Source: the human T2T-CHM13v2.0 reference genome, Homo sapiens. Taken from it: a DNA stretch of 64,000 nt. The position numbers and the translations under genes were made by a program. This document shows, in pieces, positions 47,774 to 63,355 of the stretch (the stretch's first letter is position 1; each line of letters begins with the position of its first letter). The notes under the pieces are model-generated. The model worked only from the letters and a program-made list of their open reading frames with translations. It searched no databases and was not told where the DNA came from. The stretch is taken from the NCBI RefSeq assembly GCF_009914755.1, contig NC_060947.1; one strand, written 5' to 3'.

Positions 47774-48919
47774 ACCTGGCCTACCCAATGCAGCATGGGT
47801 ACATGAGGATAAACTATGATTAGGGAGAGAAAAATTAAAAGGTCCCCTTCATTTTCCTGAAGGTTGCTAATTCTGGGTAGTTTGTCCTAACATTCCTTGG
47901 GCCTGGCTCTGAGGCATCTCATAAACAGTATGTAGCAGAAATTGCTGAACATAATACCCAGGCCAGCAACCTATGTGGTTGCTCAGGAAGTACAGGTGGA
48001 TTAATATATGAGATTCAGTTAGTTTCACAGTTATATCCTTCCAGAACCAGGGATCTAATGGATCCCCTGAGACCCTTCTACATCCTGATGGGAGAGAATA
48101 ATATTACCATCCCCTGAGACTCCAAGCTTTAATTTTTCTCCTCTTTAAATGAAAAAAAAAAAGTTAGAAGAAAGCATCTGACCAAATGATCTGTGGAATT
48201 GCTATAGCTGCTCCTGCTGACTGCAATCTCCCACGGATACTTTAGCTAAGCTCAAGATGAAGATAGGACCTATTCAGAAAGTCTTTAATCAGATTTATTT
48301 TGCTTTGAGTATAATGTACATTCTGCCACCCTTAATTAAGCAGAGTGCAATGTGCCCATTTTGATAGTCATTTTCATATTCTTTAAACATAAAATAGTCT
48401 TTTCCAAATCAGCACAGAGATAGAGAAATTGCAGATTAAGTAAGAACAGAACTATGAAATTACTTGATTCGTATGAAGTCGTAGGCCAAAGGAACACCCC
48501 ACTTTTTAGTTTCACTGTTAGTTTCAGCATTTTGAAATGCATTGCCATTTTAATTAGACCTTGAAATGCTAAATTATGCTCAGAAGCAGCACATTACAGG
48601 AGCAAAGATGAAAGAAGATTGCCCCAAGCAAAAATGATTTTTTCTTTGCTTTTTAAAGGTAAACAAAACGAAGCAACAAGGACAAACCCTGTCATATGAA
48701 CTAATGACTACATCAGAAATACAACACTGTAAGCTACATCGGAAACTTATACAGCTTGCATATATCATTCCTATACATTCCAGGGTTTGGACAGAGAAGC
48801 AGAGCTACTATAATTGATATAAAGTAAGGGATTTATTATAGAACTTTGATGTTATGCTATTGTGGGATATGGTTAAGTGGTCCATGTGAGGCTGTTGCTT
48901 TTGCATCTAGTGTTGGTCA

Positions 48920-49635
<716 letters not shown>

Positions 49636-52364
49636 GGCTTGAAGTAATCAGGGCTGGCAACCAGGAAAGAAAGATGGGCATAAACTGGGGTGAGCAAGGA
49701 CAAACCGGAACCCATGAGGTTAAGCTGGAATGTATGAGAATGAAGTGAAATCATCAAGGACAAAGTGGAAACCACACGAGCAAATGAACTTGTGAATACA
49801 AGCTGGAATCCATGAAGATAAGTTGGAATGTGCATCTTTCTCTCATCACTACTAACTTCAGTGATGTGGATGACCCACAGGGTCTTCACAGCATGAGCCC
49901 ATTACCATACCTTACTGTCTATAAAATTAGTTCCTTGGTCAGAAGCAATGCTCTGTAGAATACCATGAGGGGTAAGAAGACACGTATAGTGGTTATAGTA
50001 GAAGTATTATAGACAGGAATGGTAAACCTCTATCCAGAGTAAGTGTCTATTCCAATGTAAACCCCACCCTTTCTATTAATGCAAGGAGTCCAATACAATA
50101 AATCTACTACCTGGAAGCTAGATGATACCTCTAGAGAATGCTGCCATATTAGGAGCTCATTGTTGATTTCTGCTTTTGGCAGGTTAGGCACTCAGCAGTG
50201 GCTGTAGCCAGATAAATCATGGTAGGAAAAAGCCTATGTTTCTCAGCCCATGCATAATCTTCAACCTTGTTACTATAGCTACTATGGTTGTGAATATATT
50301 GGGCAGTGACAGGAGTTGGAGAAATAAGTTAGCTGTCTGGCTTACATAGAACAGGCAAACTTGTCCATCTGATTATTAAGCTACTTCTCTGCTGAGGTAA
50401 TTCTTTGATGGGCATTTATATGGTACACAAATATCATCACACTCTATGCCTATTGACAAAGGTCTATCCACATAGTGCTTCCTCAGATCTCCTTGTCACT
50501 ACTTTTCCAGTATTATATTTTTCCAAGTCCCCGACATCCAGCCAAACCACTATCTAAGCTCATGAATCAGTGTAGATCTGTGCGCCTCCAGCCATCTCTC
50601 CTCAGGCACAATGAGCAACCAGATGCACTGATCAAAATTTTGCCTATGAGAAGGACTTCCCTTCACAACTTTCTTTCAGGGCCATCCAGAGTGAGACAGG
50701 AATAGTACATCTGTCAACTTTTGGGTGGTGACTGCAATATTGTAAACTGATCTTGAGTTTTTTCTTCTTCAGATCAGCTCATAAGGAATTCCTCATGAGA
50801 CCATACATGCAGGCTGGGAGAGAGAAGATAATACAGCAGGAGCAAGGGTAATGTGCAGCTGGGCCATTTGCTCATGTAACTTACTTGTTGCCTCCAGGAC
50901 CTAATTGAGACTAAGCTAATCTATAGTCTCTAGTTGATGACTGAGTGCTGCTGTGCAGGTCCAAATTTGTGTCTCAGTTAGTCAGACAACAGCCAATTTA
51001 TGAGGGGCAGCTTAGGTCACATGGTAACTTGGAGATTTTCCCTGAGGCACAGTAGAAAGTCAGAAACTGTTTATCAAAAGGAGAATACCTGCATATCTCA
51101 TTTATCTCCTGCATAAATGACTGTGCTGTGATTCACCAATAGGGGCCTGGCCAAAGTTCCATACAGCATCTTTATCCGTTCCTGACACTTCAAGCTCCCA
51201 GATCTGCTGTATGTCAAGCACTTTAGATCTGCTAGATTAACGAAGCCTACGTGGCTGAGTGGCTTGCATGAGTCCGGACCTTGTGCAGCGCCTTCTCTTG
51301 TTCTGAGCCCACTCAAAACTGGCATCCATTTGAGATACTCGTTACATGGATTGAACCCAAATGAGGACCAAAATAAAGACTCAAATGCTCCAAAATCCAG
51401 AAGCCCACTGTGCACTGTGCCTCTGCCATCAACAAATATGTTAATTTGCTCCAGCAATGAAACCACTTCTGGAAGAGCAGCTGCAATTGAAATTTGACTT
51501 CAATTTATGATAATCTGCTGTCATTCATTTTCCGTGCTTGATTTGCCTTCTGCACAGGTTAAACAGTTGACTTGGATGGGAAATGGTAGGTAAAAGCAGT
51601 TTTAATGGCTTCTGCTTTTCTTCCTTACCCTAATAGTCCTCACTTCATAGATCGGAAAACCAAGATAAGTATTCTTCCAGTTGCTGAGTATGTATATTCC
51701 AACTATCTATTTGGAACTGGGGAAATAGCCACAGTGGGAGTTTGAGGACTTGCAGGTCCACTATGAGACAGACCTGAGGTACTCTACTACTGTCAGACCT
51801 ACATGACTCCTATTGGTGGACCATATTGGCATTTTTGGTCTCCAGTAATTAATGTCAACTCATAGACAGTGTCCAGTTATCACCCCCAAAGTCTGATTAT
51901 TCCCCTTTTCTAGATACGCAGTTACCCGATAAGTGGCCACAGGTCTCTTTCTCTGCCTTCTCCAACGCACTTAGATGTAACAAATCAACCCATTAGAATA
52001 CTTTATTTTCCACTAAAGTGTTTTATGAGAGCAAATTCTCGGTCCCTCCAAATGTTGTCCTTTATTACAAGCATCTGCAGGTGATGACTTAAGTAACTCT
52101 TGCCACTACATGGCATGTACTAGCATATCTGTGTCACCACTGGGAAAAAGGCAATTTGAACCTTTAGATCTAATCAATTCAGACAATCAGTTACAAATAA
52201 GTTAGAATCAATAGAGGAATTTATAATTAAGGCTCTGTGGGTACCCTAGAACTACATTTGGTATCATATACTGTATCAATTAGTATTTGATCTAAGAAGA
52301 ATTGTTATGAAAATATAGCATAAGAAACTTATCATAGAAATTTAATGTTAAGCAACTGTAGTAC

Positions 52365-53773
52365 TGTGGGGAACCAGACTATGCCACCCCAAAATATGTC
52401 ACTTTGGCATAAGAATTATTTTGAGATAGAGGCAAAAGGGAATCAACAGATGCAGAAAGAAACTTTTCTAGAACTTCCCTTATCTGACTAAAAGTGGAAA
52501 CTTCTGAGAAATGAAGATTGCCATAAATCCCCTCTCTCAGAGAAGTTTTATGGCCATAAAAAAGATGGACAATTTAATGGACATATACAAACAAGCCTTA
52601 CTTCATTAGTTTTCCCCATATATTTACCTTCTTTTTTAAAAATTTTTTTAAATTATACTTTAAGTTCTAGGGTACATGGGCACAACGTGCAGGTTTGTTA
52701 CATATGTATACATGTGCCGTGTTGGTGTGCTGCACCCATTAACTCATCATTTACATTAGGTATCTCTCCTAATGCTATCCCTCTCCCATCCCCCCACCCC
52801 ATGACAGGCCCCGGGGTGTGATGTTCCCTGCCCTGTGTCTAAGTGTTCTCATTGTTCAATTCCCACCTATGAGTGAGAACATGCAGTGTTTGGTTTTCTG
52901 CCCTTGCGACAGTTTGCTCAGAATGATGGTTTCCAGCTTCATCCATGTCCCTACAAAGGACATGAACTCATCATTTTTTATGGCTGCATAGTATCCCATG
53001 TTGTATATGTGCCACATTTTCTTAATCCAGTCTATCATTGATGGACATTTGGGTTGGTTCCAAGTCTTTGCTATTGTGAATAGTGCTGCAATGAACATAC
53101 GTGTGCATGTGTCTTTATAGTAGCATGATTTACAATCCTTTGGGTATACACCTAGTAATGGGATGGCTAGGTCAAATGGTATTTCTAGTTCTAGGTCCTT
53201 GAGGAATTGCCACACCGTCTTCCACAATGGTTCAACTAGTTTATACTCCCACTAACAGTGTAAAAGCATTCCTGTTTCTCCACATCCTCTCCAGCACCTG
53301 TTGTTTCCTGACTTTTTAATGATCGCCATTCTAACTGGTGTGATCTAACTGGTATCTCATTGTGGTTTTAATTTGCATTTCTCTGGTGGCCAGTGATGAT
53401 GAGCATTTTTTCATGTGTCTTTTGGCTGCATAAATGTCTTCTTTCGAGAAGTGTCTGCTCATATCCTTTGCCCACTTTTTGATGTTACCCATATATTTAC
53501 CTTCTAAGAGTTTGCTGCCATTGGAACCCTAAAACTCTTTTTCTTTCCCTTGCCACTTCTTTACAAATTTACTGTTCTTTGCTAAGATGCTATATAAAGC
53601 CAACTTCTAACCATCTCTTTGAGTTATTCATCTGAGATTTCTCCTGCATGATGTGTGCTGCTTGCACTAATGAACTGTTTTTCACTTGTTAATATGTCTT
53701 CTGTCAGTCTAATTCGCAGGGTCCCAGCTGGAAAACCTAGGAGAATTGAAGGAAAAATGTTTTCTTCCTAACA
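52365..53773 (+). mobile_element. MER34/MER39-group solo LTR, split by an L1PA
   Basis: Starts 'tgtggggaaccagactatgccaccccaaaatatg...ggcataagaattattttgag' and ends 'tttcttcctaaca'. Confidence 0.75.
52633..53487 (-). mobile_element. L1PA5-like 5'-truncated insertion (about 855 bp)
   Basis: Antisense 3' UTR and ORF2 C-terminus (ORF 52856-53227). Perfect 18-bp TSD cccatatatttaccttct at 52615-52632 and 53488-53505. Confidence 0.95.
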
Positions 53774-54304
53774 AGATCCAGGAAACAGTTTATATAAGGC
53801 TGTTGCTTATGAATATAGTGAGAGTGTAAAGTCAGCAGAGCCAGTAGTCAGAAAGGGAAATTGGATGTGGAGTAGGGGGTAACATATCTACACTGGAGCC
53901 TGTGAGGACAACCTAAAACCTGTATTTTCCATCATCTACTTCAATCTTGATGATGAGGGACACCTGCAGGATGAACTAGTGCCTTTTACTGTAGGTACAG
54001 ATGCTCCTGGCTCAGGGCTTAGAGAAGGTGAAGACAAAATCCATCAGGAGCTGAAAGAACTGCAATCTTTGCTGCCTCCCCACACCAAGGTAAGCCACAT
54101 CAATGAAAGTATGGCTGAGTTGCAAAAGTACCTAGTTCTTACACCAAACTTCTGAACATAAGAATGGTTGCTATTTTATTTCTGCCTTTTCTATCTCATG
54201 TAGATTTCTCTTTTGGAGAAGCCTAACCCTGAATCATACAGGAAGAGGAATTACTGGAAAAGTGCTTCAACCTTTAGTTATGTTCACACAGTATCACCAT
54301 ATTA

Positions 54305-55660
54305 TACATCAATCCAACAAATATTTATCATACTATTCCTATGACCAGGCTCTGTGCTAGGTCCTGGGGGGATAGAGTATGTGATCTAAGCCCTGACCTC
54401 AAGAAAATTCCCAGGTTAAAGACATGGGGAGGCAGTTACATCATCTGCCAATTATAATGTTGCATACTATGTGCTCTGACAAATATTGTCACCTAGAATT
54501 CACAGAAGATGCTCAATAAATATTTTTTAAACTAAAGGATATGACAGAAGTACACACAGATGTTATGAAAATGCAGTCAAAGGCATTCTAGAAGTATCAA
54601 AGAAAATGCATACTGGAGGAAGTAATTCCTTAACCAACTCTTGAAGACTGAGTTGAAGTTAACCAGGTGAAGAAAAGGAGAAAGGAATTGTAAAGAGAAC
54701 AGGCATGGTAATAAAATGGCATAACATGTTTAGGAAACAAGTAGAGCATTAGGAGGGTAGAAGAAGTAAAGAGGTAGTCAGATCAAATAATGAAGGATTT
54801 TAGTGCCATGTTAGGGAATTTAGATTTTATCTTGTAAGCATCGAAATATCATTTCAGGATTTTAAGCAAGGGAGTGATGTGATCAAAATTGTACTATGGT
54901 TTAGGAAAGTGGATTAGAAAGTGAGACTAGGAAAGGAGCCAATTATTTGGTCCATTAAAGAAATAATAAGGGCTTGAAATAATGCAGCGGGAATGGAAAA
55001 GCAGTAATTAATTCAAGAGACGTTGAAGGGGCAGAATTGGGAATGAGATGAGCAACATAGGAAGAAGGCCAGATTTAAAGTTGGGATGAGGCAGAGTAGA
55101 TGTTCATATGATGTTAGAGATTCCTATGGCTCTCCTGTCTATGCACGTTATAAACTGCTGCGGATATGGGACTAGGACTCAGGAGAAAGTCTGGGCTGAA
55201 ATTACAGTTTTTAGGATGATTGGTGTGTTTGTGAGAGTTAAAACCATAGGAGTGGATGATACAAACTTCTGGATGAAAAGAGGAGAAGTAGAGGTAGAAA
55301 TCTGGAGATGAACATTTAAGAAATAGGTAGAAGAAGGCTGAGGCAGATGAATCACTTGAACCCAGGAGGCGGAGGTTGCAGTGATCCGAGATTGCGCCAC
55401 TGCACTCCAGCCTGGGGGACAGAGTGAGACTCCATCTCAAAAAAAAAAAAAAAAAAAAAAAAAGAAAAGAAATAGGTAGAATGAGGGGTGTAGCAAGAAA
55501 AATAGCGGAAACTAAGAAAAAACAACATTCCACATATGAAAGAAAAAGAATTTCAAGAAGGAAAGAGTAGTCCATTGTATCAAATGCTTCACATGAAGAC
55601 CATAAAATATTCCTCGGATTTAGCAATAAGGTGTCACTGGAAAGTTTTGTGAGAACAGTG
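54305..55660 (-). mobile_element. L2 fragments
   Basis: 'caacaaatatttat...ccaggctctgtgctaggtcctgggg' and 'ggatttagcaataaggtgtcactgg'. Confidence 0.7.
55333..55466 (+). mobile_element. 5'-truncated Alu (right arm)
   Basis: Perfect 15-bp TSD aagaaataggtagaa at 55318-55332 and 55467-55481. Confidence 0.93.
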
Positions 55661-57172
55661 TTATAAATTGGTGACATTTCAGGGATTCTAGACACCCCCA
55701 ATACCAAAATAATGCTCCAGATTCTCCCCTCACCCATTTTCGTAGGATTGCATGAACTAGAAAATGTATGAAGCTCATATTCCTAGAAAGGCAAAATGTA
55801 GTTTTTCTTTAGTTTAATGGAGTAGAGCACAGCTTATAGAAATGGTATGAAGGGATTAGTCTGGACAGAAATTCACAGGTAAAATTGATAACCTTATAGA
55901 ACAAGTTAAAATACATGAATGAAGACTTTTCAGTGTGTGGAATTAGAATGGGGGAAACCATGAAGTCTAGAATGATTAGGCAGAAAGTGTGCATGCACAT
56001 AGCCAGAAGAATATGATGATTTCGAGGAGAAAAGTGCATAGGAATATGTAGTTGGATTTCCACAGCTTTGTACTTAAAAATAACCCAATAAGAATAACCG
56101 AACAAATGTGTTCAGCATCCTAGACTACACTGAGTACATTATGATGGCCCTGATTTTTGACAGGCAGAAGAATCTGCAAGTGGAAAGCTCTCAATAACAG
56201 AGAGCTAGGTATGCCTGGGCTACTGCCCCAAATGCTTCTTCCTCTCTTCCTCTACTTATTCTGCTCCTCTTTCTTCATTTAATTGATATATGGTTGCCCC
56301 TTGATCAGAAGTATACGAAGCTTTTATAAGGAAAAAGGGAAAGGTGCTGAATTGAGAGGGAATCCATGTTCTGGGAAAATAAAAGCCTTCAAAAGAAGGT
56401 AAAGAGTTGGGTTGGGGCGGAGGGGAAGTGCAGCCTATAAGCAGGACCAAAGTTATTTTCAAAGAACCTCTAGGACATTGAAACCGGGGGAGTACCCTAA
56501 AAAAGGTGATTATTATTGAGAAAATGTTTTTCTTTACTAATGGTTTCTTCACAGGGTTCTTTTAACACAATAAGGTCCTTAATGCATTTGAAATATGATA
56601 TATTTTATTTTCATGTAACTATTTGAGAAGGCATCTATCTATTGGATAAAGCCAGATGCATCTGTGTTAATAAGTAGAGTATTTTATTTAGGGAGTGTAA
56701 GCAAAAATCTAAACAATAGTTAGCAAGCCCCTTACCATGTTTCTCCCCAAATATAGGTACTCCTCAGAAACAATTTTCTTATTAAATTGTTCTCAAGTCT
56801 ATACAAAGAGAACTGTTTGCTTCCTGGTGTCTACTGTATCACCATTTATTATTCCTAAAGATATTTTGATACAACTATTTAATAGAAAATACACCTTATT
56901 TTTGTTTTCAACTGTATTATTTTTTAACTATTATAACATGTTTACTGCAAAAAGAATAATATTTTATGAAGACTTTTAAAATTTGATGTTGGGTCTTGTC
57001 CTGTTTGACATATTTGGAAAAAGATACATTGTTTCCTTAAATATAGTGTCTCATATCTCCCAGATGGAGTATTGTCTCTTAATATGTACATCTATCAATT
57101 TGTTTTTTCCAAAGTTGGCCAACACCATAATCATTACTTTAGCTCCACTCTGTGAAATCATTGTATGACTTA

Positions 57173-57297
57173 CAGAGCACGGATAAGACTACTATATTGT
57201 CCATTTCCAGGTGTCACCATAGAAAGCATAGTCTATGAGAATGATACACCCATAGGTGCTTGGTGCAGAGCCCAAGTAGCCATACATAACAGCCCTG
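57173..57297. mobile_element. MER91-like hAT MITE
   Basis: Termini cagagc...gccctg; internal 'catagtctatgagaatg' resembles MER91A. Confidence 0.55.
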
Positions 57298-57635
57298 ATG
57301 CCAGGAAACACTTTCATAAATTACTTCAGGACAAAGATTTGTTATGTCAACAAGCAATATTAAGGAATATTTACAGAGTGTCTTAGGAGGTCTCTGTGAA
57401 CTCATTTACATTAATAACCCCTAAAATCTTTTAGAGGGGACTGTAAGCAGCAAAATAAAACTGGGCTTTAAAATTTATGTAGATAATAAATTTATTCAGG
57501 GAAGGGTCAATTTTAGTGGCCCAAGGTACCTGTTCTTAAAGGAAATTTAGGACTAGATTTCTTGTTAGATTCAAAAGCACCCTTAACAATTACTTAGGAA
57601 ATAAAAAATCTAAAATCCAATCCACCTGCACATGA

Positions 57636-58089
<454 letters not shown>

Positions 58090-58321
58090 TAATTTAAATA
58101 GTCCAGGATTTGTGGTAAGAATGGCATTTTAGTGAAGCATGGTGACCCACCAGGCTGCCAGAATTATATGGGTATAATACTTCTTACCCAACACTTCCTA
58201 TTTAACTCAATTAACAGTATTCTAATTATGAATTTGGCATACTAATCCCGGGAATGTCATTCTCTAGCCAATGAACAGAAGTCTATAATGTTACTTGATA
58301 TTTCTTGTAAATATCCTTTAG

Positions 58322-58690
58322 TGTCTTAGTCAGTTTGGGCTGCTATAACAAATTACTATAGATGGGTAGTTTAAACAAATAACATTTATTTTTCACAGTT
58401 CTGGAGGACGGGAAATTCAAAATCAAGATGCCAGCAGATCTAGTGTCTGGTGGGGTCACTCTTCCTGGTTTGCAGGTTATCTTCAAATTGCAACCCCACA
58501 TGGCACAGAACATTGAGAAAGCAAGCAAGCCCTCTCCTGTCCTTTTGTAAGGGCACTAATCCCATTTATGAAGGCTCCATCCTTATGACCTAATTACTTC
58601 TCAAAGACCCCATCTCCTCATATCATTCTATTGGGAGTTAAAATGTCAAAATATACATTTTAGAAGGGACAAAATGTTCAATTTATACAT
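58322..58690 (-). mobile_element. MLT1A-type LTR
   Basis: 'tgtcttagtcagtttgggctgctataaca...aagggcactaatcccattt...atgacctaattac'. Confidence 0.85.
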
Positions 58691-58724
58691 CTAGTATCTA
58701 CTGACATTTTATACTTTCCTAATA

Positions 58725-59030
58725 ATTTTTATCATGAATGTTTGTTTGTATCTGTTAAGATAAGGATAAAATTTTCTCCTTTACTCTGTTAATGAAAATT
58801 GCATTGATTGATTTTTGTATGTTGAACCAACCTTACATTCCTGGCATGAAACTTACTTGATCATAATATATTGTCTTTTTTATATATTGCTGGCTTTATT
58901 TGCTAATGTGTTGTATCCATATTTATAACAGATGCAAGCCTGTAAATTTATTGTAATGCATTTACCAGTTTTAGTATCAGAGTTGTAGGGCCTCATAAAA
59001 TGAGTCTCCTTCTCTATTTAGAGAATGTCT
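58725..59030 (-). mobile_element. Old L1M ORF2 fragment
   Basis: 'attgattgatttttgtatgttgaaccaaccttacattcctgg'. Confidence 0.7.
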
Positions 59031-59036
59031 GTAGGT

Positions 59037-61300
59037 CATATGGTTTGTGTTCCTAAAAAGTTCATGTATTAGGAACTTTGTCCTCAATATAGCAGTGTTG
59101 AGAGGTGGGACTTTTGGGAGGTGATTATGTCATGAGATCTCTGCCCTCATCAATGGAGTAAACCACTCATGAATTAATGGATTAATGGGTTATCCAGGGA
59201 GTTAGTAAGTTATCATAAAAGTGGGCCCGTTTTAGAAGCCAGTTGGCCATCTCTTGTGAGCCCCTCTCTCCCTGTGATTCCCTCAATCATGTTAGGATGT
59301 AGCATGAGACCCTCGGCCAAAGCTGATCAGATGCAGCTCTCTGATCATGAACTTCCTAGCCTCCAGAACCATGAGCCAAAATAAATCTATTTTCTTTATA
59401 AATTGCCCCGTCTCAGGTAGCATGTTATGGCAACAGAAAACAAACTAAGACAGAAAACTGGTACCAAGAGTGAGGTGTTGACATACAGATACCTGAAAAT
59501 GTGAAAGTGGCTTTGGAGCTGGGTAATGGGTATAGGTTGGAAGAGTCTGGAGGGACAGATTAGAAAAAGTCTAGATTCTGGTAAAGGTTTAGAAGACAAG
59601 ATGACTAGGAAAATTTTGGAGCTTGTTAAAAATTGGTTAAGTGGTCATAACCAAAATGCTGATAGAAATATGGGCAGTAATGGCCATTCTGATGAGATCT
59701 CAGATGAAAATGAGAAATTTCTTATTGGAAATTGGAGTGAAAGGCACCCTTATAATACAGTTGCAAAGAACTTGGCTGCATTCTGTCCATGCCCTAGGGC
59801 TTTATGGAAGACAGAATTTTAATGAACTAGAACGTCTGGCAGAAGAAATTTCTAAGCAAAATATAGAAGTATCTATGTGGTTACTTGTGGCTGCTTACAC
59901 TAATATTTGAGAACAAGTGAATAATGTAAAGATGGAATTTATAATTGAACAAGAAGGAGAGCAGAAAATTTTGGAAAATTCACAGCCTGACCATGTAAAA
60001 TGCAAAAAGACATGTTCAGGAGAGAGTGCTGAAGGTGTGGCCCAGGGACCCCTTGCTAAAGATATTAGCATGGATGAAAGAGAGCCAGGTGCTATTCATC
60101 AGGAAAGTGGGGGAAAAACTTTAAAGGCATTTCAGAGATATTCAAGGCTTCTCTTCCCATTATAAATCCAGAGCTGTGGGAAGATAGAATGGTTTTGGGG
60201 GATGGGCCACTTCCCAGGGCCACCTTGGGTCTCTGCTCTCTGCATTCCAGTGCAGTGCTTCCCTACCACACACAAGCTATGGCTCTTGTGGCTCCAGATG
60301 TGGTCTGCACTGATGCTCCCAAGAGAGCAAGCAATAAGTTTTGGTGGGGTCCATGTGTGCTAATTCTGCAGGCATGCAGAATGCAACAGCTATGGGGCCA
60401 TGGTGTTCTCCACCAATATTTCAGAGGGTGTATTGAGAAGACTGGGGGCCTGCGCAGAGAAGCAAGGGTGAAGCCCCCACTAGAACAACGCTGACCAGAG
60501 GTGTGGAGTCAAAGCCAGAGCCACCCCCAAGACCTCAGAACTGTAGTGCCATGGGCAGCATGCAACACCTGCCTGGAAAAGCTGCAGGCACCAGTGTGCA
60601 ACTTTGACCTGTGAGAGCAGCCACATGGGCTGAGCCCTGCAAAGCCACAGGGGTAGGTTTGCATGATGCCTTGAAGGCCCACCCTTTGTCCAAGTGTGCA
60701 CCGGATGCTGAACATGGAGTCAAAAGAGATTATTCTCCAGCTTTAAGATTTAATTTTTTTTCTCTGCCAGGCTTCAGAATTGCTTGGGCCTGTTACTCTT
60801 TCCTTCTGGCTAATTTCTCCATTTTGGAATGGGAATGTATACCCTATGCCTGTCTCACTATTGCATTTTGGAAGTAGATAACTTGCTTTGATTTCACAGG
60901 CTTACAGATGAGACTTTAGACATTTGAGTTGGTGTTGGAACAAGTTAAGGCTTTGGGGGTATCAGGATGGAATGATGTATTTTACAAGTGAGGACATTAA
61001 TCTGGGGGGCCAGGGACAGAATTCTGTGGTTTGTATGTGTCCCCCAAAAGTTTATAAGTTGGAAACTTGGTCCCCAATGTAGCAGTGTTGAGAGGTAGGA
61101 CATCTGTGAGGTGATTAGGTCATAAGGGCTCTGCCCTCATGAGTGGAGTAATCCATTAATGGATTAATGTAGTAAAGTATTAATGGGTTATTGAAGAAGT
61201 GGTTTAGTTGTCAGGAGAGTGGGTCAGTTACAAAAGCCAGTTTGGCCATCTCCATGAGCCCCTCTTGCCCTGTAATGCCTTCTGCCGTGTTATAACACAG
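59037..61300 (+). mobile_element. MST (MSTC/B-like) MaLR provirus: 5' LTR 59037-59452, internal 59453-61022, truncated 3' LTR 61023-61300
   Basis: Two similar LTR starts ('agcagtgttgagaggt...ctctgccctcat'). The internal begins 'gaaaactggtacc' and ends with the PPT 'ggggggccagggacagaat'. Confidence 0.88.
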
Positions 61301-62126
61301 TCTGTCAGACTGGGCCTCCTGTTTACACTCTTATTAGCAACACATAATGGTTCCTTTATTGTCACATTCTCCAGCAGGTGGCATTATCTGATTTTCCAAC
61401 GTTTGTTAATTTGGTAGGTAAAAAGTGCCATTTTATTGTTGTTTTAATTTACATTTCTCTAAATAATAATGAGGTTGAGTATCTCTGCATATATATGGTA
61501 GTTATCTATATTTCTTCATTAAATTACATATTCACTGATTTAATATTGGATTTCCTGCCTTTTTCTTGCTGATTTGCAGGAGTGTCTTGTATATATTACA
61601 TATTAAAACTCTTGCGGGTTTTAGATATTAAAAACATCTCCCATTCTGTCACATATCTCTTGCCATATTGTCTTTCATTGAAGAAATTTTGAATAAGATG
61701 TGTATTTTATCCGTTTTTCTTCTTTGTTCTGTGCATTTTGAGTATTGTTTAAGACATTTTGACCCACCCCAAGGCCACAAAGACATTTTTTCTCCTTTTT
61801 AAATATCAGTTTTATAATTTTACCCTTTTCTATTAGATCTTTAATCTATCTTTATTTTTTTATACAATTTGGTGTAGTGATTAAATGTCATGTGTTTATA
61901 GAATAAGATAATTTTTCAACACCCATGTTAAGTAATTCATTCATTTCCCAGAGACTATTTTTGCAATTTGAAAATTTGAGTTATAATTCACATATTATAT
62001 ATTACATATTAAAACATATATTACATATATTACATACCACAAAATTCATCATTTTAATGTGTACAATCCAATGGTATTTAGTATATTTACAAGGTTATGC
62101 AACCAACAATTCCATCGCCCTCTCAT

Positions 62127-62351
62127 GTATATATATATGTGTGTATATATATATATAGTGTGTATATATATAGATATATATGTGTGTATATATAGATATA
62201 TATGTGTGTATATATATAGATATATATGTGTGTATATATAGATATATATGTGTGTATATATATGTGTATATATATAGATATATATGTGTATATATAGATA
62301 TATATGTGTATATATATAGATATGTTTGAGTGATGGAAATATACATATTTC

Positions 62352-62385
<34 letters not shown>

Positions 62386-62396
62386 TATACATATAT
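62127..62396. repeat. Compound TA/TG/GA microsatellite
   Basis: Units such as gatatatatgtgtgtatatata repeated. Confidence 0.95.
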
Positions 62397-62797
62397 GGGA
62401 ACCCTCCTCATTTCCTCCTCAAGTGTTCCTGGAAACCATTAATTTACATTTTGTCTCTAAGAAATCATATATACTGGACATTTTATAAGTGATATCTTAT
62501 AATGTATGGTTCTTTGTGCTTGGCTTTTTTCAATTAGAGTAATAGTTTTAAGGTGCATCCATGTTGTAGCATGTATCAGTATTAAATTCCTTTATATGTA
62601 AAATTAATAATTAATCATATAGTTATAGCGCATTTTGTTGATCCATTCATTAGTTGATGGATATTATGTATAATGCTGCTATAAATATTTGCGTATATAT
62701 GTTCTCACTTCTCTTGGGTGGATACCTAGCAGTGGAATAACCGGGTTATATGGTAATTCTATGTTATTGCCACAGCTGTTATATATGCTGCCAAACT

Positions 62798-62917
62798 ATA
62801 TATATATGTATATATATGTATATATGTATATATACGTATATATATATGTATATATATGTATATATGTATATATACGTATATATATATGTATATATATGTA
62901 TATATATGTATATATAT
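62798..62917. repeat. (TATATG)n-like microsatellite
   Basis: Read directly from the sequence. Confidence 0.95.
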
Positions 62918-63355
62918 TTTAAAGTTTTATACATATATATTAAATGTTAACCATATATGTATTAAATTTTAAATAAATAGATATACATTACATTTTATGT
63001 TTTAAAATTTTAAGACAATTCCTGCCAAACTATTTTCCATAGTGGCTGTACCATCTACATTTTCACTCTTGATGTATGAGTGATATGAGAATTTCACTTT
63101 CTCCACATTCTTGCTAACATTTGTTATTGTCTGTCTATAGCCATTTTAATAACTGTGAAGTAATAGCTTATTGTGATTTGGACTCACCTTTTTCTAATGA
63201 CTAATGATGTTGAACATCTTTTCATGCATTTATTGTCTATTTGTATATCTTCTTTGGAAAAATATTTATTCAAACCTTTTGCTCATTTAAAATATGGTTA
63301 TTTGTATTTTTATCATTGAGTTATAAGATATCCATATACTATGGATATAAGACCA

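Larger units (their letters stand above)
61330..63355 (-). mobile_element. L1ME/L1MB fragments with (TA)n/(TATG)n expansions
   Basis: 'gtgtacaatccaatggtatttagtatatttacaaggttatgcaacca' and 'ctaatgatgttgaacatcttttcatg'. Confidence 0.75.

Noticed and set aside
55114-55737. 207-aa minus-strand ORF
   Set aside because: Made of L2 remnant, polyT (poly-Phe) and antisense Alu.
57165-57405. Possible exon following 'ccatttccag'
   Set aside because: Lies in a MER91-like MITE; no recognisable protein in any frame and no clear donor.
59526-60494. Run of plus-strand ORFs
   Set aside because: Broken remnants of the MST internal ORF, separated by stops and frameshifts.
62049-62950. Tyr/Ile-rich ORFs
   Set aside because: Translation of TA-rich microsatellites.
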